Origin: a virus
Direction: 5' to 3' (one strand)
Length of the DNA stretch: 64,000 nucleotides
Virus record (IMG/VR): IMGVR_UViG_3300025520_000004
Span: 1-64,000 of that record
The notes below the pieces were generated by a model. That model worked only from the letters and a program-made list of their open reading frames with translations. It was not told the origin of the DNA and ran no database searches. Positions 56,698-64,000 of the stretch are shown piece after piece. The position numbers and the translations under genes are program-made. Numbering within the stretch: position 1 is the stretch's first letter; the number at the start of each line of letters is the position of its first letter.

Positions 56698-57237
56698 TTA
56701 GTTTACTGTCTGTAAACCTCGTTCCTCCAAGATTTCATACTCAAAATTCTTGTAAGTTTCCGGTTGAGAATGAATATCATGAGTTTTACCCGTAACCACT
56801 TTTCGGGTATCGAGGTAATTCGCTAATCCAGTTATGCTTTTAAAGAAAGTTGCATTCTTTATTTCATTGAATTTATCCCAAATAACTTGAGGGCATTTGT
56901 TTAATACAATTTGCTCCACTAGGTCTTTGTCTTTTCCTTGAACACTTAAATAATTTGTTAAATTGTCTATGAAGGTGTGAATCAATTCCGTTTTCAATAC
57001 TCTATGGGTGCTATTCCCAAAAGTCGCCCTGTCCGAAAAAAGGAAATCTCCTGTATCCAGACATAAAAATCCAATATTTTCATTGTCATCATCAAACGAA
57101 ATGAAATGTAAATGATAGTCTAAGCTTGGGTTTCTAGAAAATTGCGAATCATCTTTGTCCCTGTAAAAAGCCCATAAATGAGAAACCGCTATTGATTTCG
57201 CATTTTTTACGACTAAATCCGTAAACTCCTGATCCAT
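56698..57237 (-). CDS. Hypothetical protein
   Basis: First gene of a tight two-gene unit. No family recognised. Confidence 0.45.
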   Translation of the reverse strand: MDQEFTDLVVKNAKSIAVSHLWAFYRDKDDSQFSRNPSLDYHLHFISFDDDNENIGFLCLDTGDFLFSDRATFGNSTHRVLKTELIHTFIDNLTNYLSVQGKDKDLVEQIVLNKCPQVIWDKFNEIKNATFFKSITGLANYLDTRKVVTGKTHDIHSQPETYKNFEYEILEERGLQTVN

Positions 57238-57549
57238 TTTTTTATTGCCTTACTTGTAATTCGTTCTTCTAATTATGTCTAAGAGCCCAGAAAGTCGGCC
57301 CGAGTTGAAACATTTACCGATTTTTTATTTAACGACGGTAATCTTTAGACCACTTTTTAGATTATGTCTTTACTATCGTCAATTTTTTTAATTATTTAAC
57401 TCCAAATTTGAAGCAATTTCCTCCTATTATCTAATTAGTGGCAATTTATTCGGTTTTTGCTCTCTGAGGCTCAGAACTGCAAACTCTCCTCGTTGATGTT
57501 GTATTTTAACGTAAGGGGAACGATTGCGCAGTATGAGCTTGGTTCAGTA

Positions 57550-57828
57550 TTATTTTTTGTGAAAAGAAAGCGCACTTCCAGAAGCGCCATAGCAAATTGA
57601 AGTGGAATTCTCACATCGGACTACCCCTGCCATTGCCAGCATTCCGCCTTCACTATTGGGATTGGTCAACTCTGACAGCATTTTAACTATAGGTGAGTCA
57701 TCACCTGCAATAATTCTAATTTGCTTGCAGACCAAATCATGCCCGGTGGCCCCATTCGGATTTTCGTCTTTACTGAAAATAGGAAATGTAATTGTCAAAA
57801 AGAAAAGTATGAATAGAAAATTTTTCAT
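57550..57828 (-). CDS. Small secreted protein
   Basis: Signal peptide MKNFLFILFFLTITFPIFS. Three Cys residues in the mature part. Confidence 0.45.
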   Translation of the reverse strand: MKNFLFILFFLTITFPIFSKDENPNGATGHDLVCKQIRIIAGDDSPIVKMLSELTNPNSEGGMLAMAGVVRCENSTSICYGASGSALSFHKK

Positions 57829-58101
57829 GAGCTAACTTAAGGTGAGGCGAAAAAATGAGTCAATTCTAATTGTAAATCAATACGAAATAAATTAAGTCAA
57901 AGCAAATCGAGAACAAACATACAACTACCGTATTAAAAACGAAAGCCTTACCATAAGTCCCAACGTGCGCTAGGGTTTGAAAAATGCACAAGGAATAGCA
58001 GAAGACTATTTGTCGCAGACCGATAGAGGCTGACAATAAAATCCAAACCAGGCGTTTATTCTATATTATGTGCTTTTTAAATTAAAATTAATACATATTG
58101 C

Positions 58102-59247
58102 TTATTTATTTGATTCAATCAAGAATTGCTTTACCTTAGGCATTCTAAGTTCATATTTTGCTTTTTTATAAAGATCTCCTTTGATTGATACCTTTTTTAA
58201 ATCCTTGTGTGCCCCAAGTGCAGAGTTATAATCGATTTCGTTCAATTCAATTATTATTTCTGTTTTTCTATTTTTGCTCGGAGAGATTTCATTTGACTCT
58301 GAAGTTTTTATTGTTCCGGAAATTGTAACTGTTCTTTTCTGGTCTTTGGAAGACCTAAATAATAAATCTTTATTTTTATCTTGAGTGGCAATTACATATC
58401 CTTCGATTGTCACATCTAATATTGGGTTTTGTTCTTTTAAGGTTATAGATGCTTGCTCTAATATTTCATAATTTTCTGATTTTAAAATATAAGGTTTAAT
58501 GATATTTAGATTTCGTTTTTTATATAAAAATGATGCATCAAATGTAATTGTATTTGAATCTAATTTTCTCGCGATATTTGCAAGAGCGTCGCACATGTTT
58601 GCGTTAAAACCACTTTGATAATTGTTTACAATAATACTTTCATTATTTTCTTTAATTGCATGTGTTAGATTTTGAAATCCTGTGAATATACGATCGATGA
58701 CTTTTTCTTCAATAGTAATTTCATCATTTTCAAAAAGATAACTTTCTTCTTTGCCTAGTTCAACCGAAAAGCCAAAACTTCCTTTAAATGTATGCGGGAA
58801 CGAGAGTTTCGATACAGTATCTTTTGCTTTTTTAGGTGCCTCCAAAAAATAAGCAACTGGATTAAATTCAAAAGAATACCCATATAGAAGAAGAAAATAT
58901 AGGTTGTTGATTGTTATTCTTGTAAAATTCAGTGGAATTTTATTAGTGTTTTGGCCTTTATTTATTAAGGCTTTAAAAACTGCAAAGTAAACATCAATTA
59001 TCTCCTTTGCAATCTCATCGATACTCTTTTTGTATATTATAGAGAGAGTTTTAAGTACAGAATTTATTCTATCATTATAATCATCATAAGAATTAGAACG
59101 AGGGAAGACTAAACTTATTGGTTTATTTAATTTCTCAGGTGCCTCAAAAAAGAAAATGCCAGGATTGGTGTGAGGAATTATTCTCCACCCTAACTTTTCA
59201 AGATACGTTTTGATTTTTTCCGCAGGTAAATTGTTAAAATTAAGCAT
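58102..59247 (-). CDS. Unknown 381-aa protein, partner of the DUF4365-like protein
   Basis: Starts 2 nt after the DUF4365-like gene stop. No recognisable motif. Confidence 0.5.
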   Translation of the reverse strand: MLNFNNLPAEKIKTYLEKLGWRIIPHTNPGIFFFEAPEKLNKPISLVFPRSNSYDDYNDRINSVLKTLSIIYKKSIDEIAKEIIDVYFAVFKALINKGQNTNKIPLNFTRITINNLYFLLLYGYSFEFNPVAYFLEAPKKAKDTVSKLSFPHTFKGSFGFSVELGKEESYLFENDEITIEEKVIDRIFTGFQNLTHAIKENNESIIVNNYQSGFNANMCDALANIARKLDSNTITFDASFLYKKRNLNIIKPYILKSENYEILEQASITLKEQNPILDVTIEGYVIATQDKNKDLLFRSSKDQKRTVTISGTIKTSESNEISPSKNRKTEIIIELNEIDYNSALGAHKDLKKVSIKGDLYKKAKYELRMPKVKQFLIESNK

Positions 59248-59249
59248 AA

Positions 59250-59780
59250 CTAAAATTCACCATGTTGAAGTTTTTCTACTAGATTCGAGAGTTCTTCTGC
59301 AGTGAGCAAGTTTTTACGAGGGATTTTGAGAGTTACCTTACTATCTGCTGGTTTCCTTTCTTTATCTGTTATATCATACCAGTAACACGCACGCTTAAGG
59401 ATTAAGCAATCTTCGTTTACATTTAACCAACTATTTTCATCTACAGGTAAGCAAAATGCGATTAAAATTTGTCTGAGACTCCTTCTGTTATTATTTGCAA
59501 CAAATTTGTTAAAAGCGTTACTAGCAATAGTAAACGTTACAAAGTCATCTTTAAAATCATAATTTGAGGATGATTTTAGTTGAAAGCAAAGGGGGTATCC
59601 AATTTCAGTCATTTCATTCTTTTGATTTTCATTCACTTCAACAAAAACTTTGGAAAATCTACCATCAATTCCATAGTCAAAATTTGCATCATTGATGCGA
59701 ATTAATAACCCAGCTTTCCCGGCAATGGCCTGAACATAAGATATACTTAGGCTTTCTTTTCTATGGTTTTCAGTAATCAT
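59250..59780 (-). CDS. DUF4365-like PD-(D/E)xK nuclease-fold protein
   Basis: SLSISYVQAIAGKAGLL...DYGIDGRF...CFQLKSS fits the DUF4365 pattern (D..D ... Q-x-K), from memory. Confidence 0.55.
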   Translation of the reverse strand: MITENHRKESLSISYVQAIAGKAGLLIRINDANFDYGIDGRFSKVFVEVNENQKNEMTEIGYPLCFQLKSSSNYDFKDDFVTFTIASNAFNKFVANNNRRSLRQILIAFCLPVDENSWLNVNEDCLILKRACYWYDITDKERKPADSKVTLKIPRKNLLTAEELSNLVEKLQHGEF

Positions 59781-60002
59781 TTTTTGAAAGACCTACAAAT
59801 ACATTTACAATATAAGACTTGAATGAGCATTAATATTTTTCAAATAGACTTATTAGTGTTATCATAAAGTTTCCGCTTATATTTAGTTTTTAATTAGATT
59901 TATTAAAAAATCGCACTTAACTCATATTATCAATATATAACACCTTTTTAGGGAGAAATCAGAAAATTTATCACTTTTCCAATCTATTTCGGAATTAATT
60001 AT

Positions 60003-62783
60003 TTATTTTGCGTTTTTTCTTCCTTTTTTAGCTGGGATTTTAATCTGCGAAGTCAATGTATTTGTGTATTTTTCGTAGAGCTCAAAAAGGAACTCTACTC
60101 TCTCAGATTCAGACTGAAATGGCTTCGACCGATAAGCCTTGTCCACGGCTTTATCCAGCTTGTTGTGGGCATCTCTAAGAACTTTTGGCATAGTTAGTGG
60201 GTCGTAGAGATCAGCAAGCGATGACTCAGGGAATTGCGCTCTTGCATCCAAAACAGATTTGGCAAATGATTCTATTTCTACCTTTTGTTTCTCAGTCGGA
60301 TCTTCTGGCCATGGGAAGTTGTTGTAGACAATATCTTTTGAATATCGATAATCTCCCTTAATTCTACCACATACAACTCGCATCCAAGCATTATGCATAA
60401 GTGAAGTTATTATCCCAAAATGATAACGGTTTGCATTTTGAATTGAAAAACAACTATCTGCAACTATGTCATTTTTTGAAAAAAAGCCAAACGGAACATA
60501 CAATCGATTTTCGGAAGAATGTCTAGGAACTAAAATATAGTCAGACTTCGGCTGTGTAACTTGCCTAAAAAGATGATGATATTTATAAGATCTTGTAGAT
60601 AGTGCTTTACTCTCCAATCGGAACTTCCGAACCTTTTCAATTCGCTTCATAATGAATGGAATATCTTTGTATTGAGATGGATCTACTTCATCCAACCAAA
60701 TACAATATCTTTTTAACCCGTTTAGATATTCTTTCGCGCTTACAAAGGGGCGAACAAATTCTTTAATTCGATTATCATCTAGTATTGCAGCATTAAATTC
60801 TTCTTCTGTTAAAAGAAAATTTCCATCATCAGTTGGTTTTGAACCATAAAGCATTTTTGGAGTATGATCAAAAAGAGGATGACTTCTGTTATCAAGAAAT
60901 ATATTTTTCCCTTGGTTTAGATAAGGGTTTATATTAGATGCATTCTTCTCAACTGGTTCAGCATTAGCATTTTCATAAAAGAAGATTCTTTTATTTCTTT
61001 TTTCTATTTTTGAAAACCCAATTATTACGCAAAAGACTGCAGCTTTCCCTTTTGCCTCATTACTCCATTTAAAGGTTCTATGAGCGAAAAAAATTGAGAC
61101 CCCATATTTTTCAATCATAGGCTTCCAAAAGATTCCTACTTGCTCGCCTTGAGTTATTGAATTTGTCGAAACAAATGCAACAAGTATGTTTGGATTTTTT
61201 TGAATGTATCTAGCAGCCAACATATACCACGCACAAACATAATCCATTACACCTGAAGCCTGAATTTCATTTAGTACTACATTGAGTTCTTCTTTCTGGG
61301 CTGTTGTTTGTAAATGATGACCAATAAATGGAGGATTCCCCAGAATGTATGAAATTTCATTCGGGCTGATTATTTCTTCCCATTTCAATTTTAGAGCATT
61401 CCCAAAGACAATCATTGGAGATTTCTTCAATGGGAGCCTAACGTAATACTCTCCAAATTCTTTACCTGTTTCGACATTCATCAAATGATCCATAATCCAT
61501 ATTGCCGTTTTTGCAATTTGAGCAGGAAATTCTTCGATTTCAATACCGTATAAACAATCAACATCGAGACTTTCAAGTGTTTGAATTGATAACTCAAGTC
61601 CAAGTCCTTTGAGTTTTCTGATTTCCTTTAATAAATTGATTTCAAGACGTCGAAGTTCGCGGTAGGATAAAATTAAAAAGTTACCGCAACCGCAGGCTGG
61701 ATCTAGTATTTTAATTTTTCTAATCCGAGCCAATAGGTCATCGAGCCCTTTAATACTCTTCTTTGATTTTAAAGTTTCAAATTCTTCCAGCAGATCATCC
61801 AGAAAAAGTCCATGAATAGTCTTTAATATATTCTTTTCACTCGTGTAGTGTGCTCCAAGCTCTCTCCTTTCAGCGGTATTCATTACAGATTGGAATAAAC
61901 TTCCGAAAATAGCAGGGCTAACAAGAGCCCAATTAAATTCGCAAGTTTGAATTAAAATATCGCGTAACACACTATCAAATTGTGCGAATGGAATTGATTC
62001 TTCAAATAATTGCCCATTGACATAAGGGAATTTTGCAAGGTCTTCATCTAGATTTGCGAGCCTTTGTTCCGTAGGGGTATTGAGTACTTGGAAAAATTGA
62101 GCAATCCAAAGCCCTAAGTCGCTACCATCCTGCTTGGTACGTTCTTTCAGGAAGAAAAGAAAATCGTCTTTATTGAATATTCCAGTATCATCGGCAAAGA
62201 AACAAAACATCAGACGAACAAGCATAAGTTTTAGAGGATGTTCCTGGAATCCATTCCTCTTTAGCTCATCATGCAATTTCTTCATGAGCTCTGCAGCTTT
62301 GATATTTACTGGATCTTCATCTTTGTATTCCCGCTGTTCATATCCGAGTAAAAAATTAAATCGTTGAAGGTGATCTAGAAGATCGGTGATTTTAAATTCT
62401 ATTGATTTTTTATGGTCTGTAAAATTTACCAATCGAAGTCTTTCAAAATCGCATACACAAATATAACTTGGAAGTTCTTCATCAGGGATGCCTCCGGTTA
62501 AACAGTAGTCTAATGCTTGTTTATACGCTTTATCTAAATCTTCACCACGACTCTTCTGTTCTATCAGAATTGTTTTGGGCCAGAAATAGTCTATAAATCC
62601 CGTCGTTTGTTTTAAAGTTTTTGCTCTCTCTTCAAAGATCCCTACCTTTTTGGCGCTAATTCCCCATATATTAAAGAAATCTCTCCAGAATATTTGAGAT
62701 TCCCCCTTTTCGTATTTGTCATCTTTATGGTCGTGAATAAATGAAATTGCTCTAGATTTGATTTCGTTAGGTGATAATGCCAT
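60003..62783 (-). CDS. MmeI-like Type IIL/IIG restriction-modification enzyme
   Basis: 926 aa. N-terminal nuclease motif IDYFWPKTILIEQKSRG (D...ExK). MTase motif I LDPACGCGNFL, motif IV GNPPFIG. Confidence 0.8.
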   Translation of the reverse strand: MALSPNEIKSRAISFIHDHKDDKYEKGESQIFWRDFFNIWGISAKKVGIFEERAKTLKQTTGFIDYFWPKTILIEQKSRGEDLDKAYKQALDYCLTGGIPDEELPSYICVCDFERLRLVNFTDHKKSIEFKITDLLDHLQRFNFLLGYEQREYKDEDPVNIKAAELMKKLHDELKRNGFQEHPLKLMLVRLMFCFFADDTGIFNKDDFLFFLKERTKQDGSDLGLWIAQFFQVLNTPTEQRLANLDEDLAKFPYVNGQLFEESIPFAQFDSVLRDILIQTCEFNWALVSPAIFGSLFQSVMNTAERRELGAHYTSEKNILKTIHGLFLDDLLEEFETLKSKKSIKGLDDLLARIRKIKILDPACGCGNFLILSYRELRRLEINLLKEIRKLKGLGLELSIQTLESLDVDCLYGIEIEEFPAQIAKTAIWIMDHLMNVETGKEFGEYYVRLPLKKSPMIVFGNALKLKWEEIISPNEISYILGNPPFIGHHLQTTAQKEELNVVLNEIQASGVMDYVCAWYMLAARYIQKNPNILVAFVSTNSITQGEQVGIFWKPMIEKYGVSIFFAHRTFKWSNEAKGKAAVFCVIIGFSKIEKRNKRIFFYENANAEPVEKNASNINPYLNQGKNIFLDNRSHPLFDHTPKMLYGSKPTDDGNFLLTEEEFNAAILDDNRIKEFVRPFVSAKEYLNGLKRYCIWLDEVDPSQYKDIPFIMKRIEKVRKFRLESKALSTRSYKYHHLFRQVTQPKSDYILVPRHSSENRLYVPFGFFSKNDIVADSCFSIQNANRYHFGIITSLMHNAWMRVVCGRIKGDYRYSKDIVYNNFPWPEDPTEKQKVEIESFAKSVLDARAQFPESSLADLYDPLTMPKVLRDAHNKLDKAVDKAYRSKPFQSESERVEFLFELYEKYTNTLTSQIKIPAKKGRKNAK

Positions 62784-62866
62784 CGGTATGCAAAATTGAA
62801 ATACAAGGAACTAATGAGTCAACCAATTTGGATAATGTAGAGGCTCTCTTGTTTGATTCTTTTCCG

Positions 62867-62903
62867 TTGACAAATTACAAAATCCACGAATTTGTCCCTT
62901 CTC
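62867..62903 (+). promoter_or_regulatory. Late element P7: TTGACA-N19-TTGTCCCTTCTC, then ATG
   Basis: Member of the 7-copy motif. ATG at 62904. Divergent from the restriction-modification gene. Confidence 0.55.
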
Positions 62904-63593
62904 ATGGCAGAATTCCCATCATTTGGAAGACAATTAAAGGTTGCTTTCGCTCCACCAGGACTTGCGCAGCCAGGGGTAATGAATGGATTGGAACTCGGTG
63001 AAATTGATTCTCTCAGTGGTGGGCTCATGAAATACCGAGCTGACATTCGTCTTTTCAATGGCCAGATTCTAAAGAAAGTACGCCTCCCAGGACCTTACAT
63101 CGGTCTTTTGGGGTTTCTATCTGGATTCAAATTTGGATATAGAGAAGGACAAATGGTGCTTGTTGGATTTCTCCAAAATCGTAGGGACAATCCGATAGTC
63201 ATCCAAGTGTATCCTTTCGCAGCAGAGACAAAAGGAAAAAGTTCACTTCTCAAACATTCTACACAATTCGATTCTGAAGAAACATCCGTCGGCCATGAAT
63301 CTGGCCATCGAACAAAATGGGATAAAAATAAAGTTCTCTTTAAAGATAAATTAGATACTACCAGAGTCCAAATCGATCACACAATTCCACCAATCCTAAA
63401 CTCTCTGGAAAAAGCTGCACAAGGAGAAACTTTGAAATCAATCCTGGAAGAAATCTGTGACGAAATCACTAAAATCACGGTTCAGTGTACAGCGCCTGGG
63501 ACATCGAGCTTAACACCAGATAACTCGGCCAAGTTTCTTGTGATTAAGGGAAAATTGAACACAATCCTTTCCGAGGTTTTAAAACACTACTAA
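62904..63593 (+). CDS. Baseplate hub/spike (gpV / Mu gp45-like) candidate
   Basis: GQMVLVGFLQNRRDNPIVIQVYPF resembles the OB-fold block of gpV-type spikes. First tail gene after the island. Confidence 0.45.
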   Translation: MAEFPSFGRQLKVAFAPPGLAQPGVMNGLELGEIDSLSGGLMKYRADIRLFNGQILKKVRLPGPYIGLLGFLSGFKFGYREGQMVLVGFLQNRRDNPIVIQVYPFAAETKGKSSLLKHSTQFDSEETSVGHESGHRTKWDKNKVLFKDKLDTTRVQIDHTIPPILNSLEKAAQGETLKSILEEICDEITKITVQCTAPGTSSLTPDNSAKFLVIKGKLNTILSEVLKHY

Positions 63594-63970
63594 TGAATTT
63601 TTGGGAGCACTTCGAGATAGACAAAGACCATTTACATGAAACCAGTTTTTCGTTTGTGAAAGCTAAAACTAAAACTAGGCATTCATGCGAATTTTGCTCA
63701 GATCATTGGGGAACAGTGGTGAGACTTTTCAAAAGTCAAAGTGATTTTGAGAATTCAAGTTTCTATGGTGGTGAAGATATTGTAAAAGGAGATCCAAAAG
63801 CAAAAATCGCTGTGTGGCCAGGAAAAAATAACGTAGGTAGAGATAAAAACTCATATTGGTTATGCGCTCCTGTTCATCCACTTTGCGGCTGTGAAATTGA
63901 AGTTGAAGATACTATTCATGAATCAAAAGAGGATTTAGAAGACTGGTATTCAACTTTAGAATGGGACTAG
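63593..63970 (+). CDS. Small Cys-containing baseplate-module protein
   Basis: ATGA-type junction. CEFC ... CGC possible zinc site. Confidence 0.4.
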   Translation: MNFWEHFEIDKDHLHETSFSFVKAKTKTRHSCEFCSDHWGTVVRLFKSQSDFENSSFYGGEDIVKGDPKAKIAVWPGKNNVGRDKNSYWLCAPVHPLCGCEIEVEDTIHESKEDLEDWYSTLEWD

Positions 63971-64000
63971 TCCATTTCCCAAGCCGCGTTTTCGATTCGT

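Larger units (their letters stand above)
1..64000. mobile_element. Segment of a plasmid-type temperate myovirus-like prophage (LE1-like leptophage suspected)
   Basis: Full set of phage early, switch, partition/replication, head and contractile-tail genes. No integrase seen. The host and phage identification is an inference only. Confidence 0.7.

Noticed and set aside
57272-58074. Second loose cluster of the ori-type words ATTATGTCT (57272, 57361) and ATTATGTGCT (58065), as a possible second centromere or origin.
   Set aside because: The shared core is short and AT-rich. The 7-mer is expected about ten times per strand by chance, and the spacing here is irregular. It is mentioned in the findings but not called as a feature.
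1-64000. Search by eye for CRISPR arrays, tRNA/rRNA genes, integrase, transposase, reverse transcriptase (DGR or retron) and lysis genes.
   Set aside because: I saw no regularly spaced repeats of 25-40 bp, no cloverleaf-like GC-rich 75-nt segments in the intergenic regions I inspected, and no recombinase or RT motifs in the listed translations. tRNAscan-SE, Infernal and HMM scans would be needed to exclude them formally.

Overview
The window is AT-rich and reads as most of a temperate, contractile-tailed phage genome maintained as a plasmid-type prophage: parA, a partner gene, a rep-like gene and iterons are present, and I found no integrase or transposase. Gene content and the spirochete-style lipoprotein signals recall LE1-type leptophages of Leptospira. 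That identification is an inference from memory, not a search result. Layout: (i) 1-8601, minus strand: early operon with a Cro-like HTH protein, small ORFs, a possible annealing protein, SbcD/SbcC-like nuclease and ATPase, a ParB-fold protein and an SF2 helicase. (ii) 8602-9084: divergent lysogeny switch with two palindromic operators and an XRE repressor. (iii) 9.3-17.4 kb: accessory and maintenance region with a SIR2-like protein, a GHKL-ATPase plus STAS-like pair, parA and partner, iterons, rep-like gene, AbiC-like membrane protein, a second ParB-fold protein, a Panacea-type toxin-antitoxin pair and an uncalled 48-aa RHH gene. (iv) 17.5-63.9 kb, plus strand: late module. Its order is small and large terminase, [6.9-kb lipoprotein/OMP/SGNH cargo island], portal, MuF-like protein, a 1973-aa DarB-like methyltransferase-helicase, [reversed odd island with a GC-rich block], prohead protease, scaffold, capsid, two more large virion-module proteins, sheath, tube, frameshifted chaperones, tape measure, [7-kb minus-strand island with an MmeI-like restriction-modification enzyme and a DUF4365 pair], and baseplate genes. 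The strongest non-obvious signals are two. First, a seven-copy bipartite element TTGNNN-N19-TTGTCACTTCCC abuts the ATG of late-gene blocks, which I read as a late promoter class giving leaderless mRNAs. Second, a roughly 35-50 aa peptide module is shared by the three large virion-module proteins. All family calls rest on motifs I read in the translations. No searches were run.
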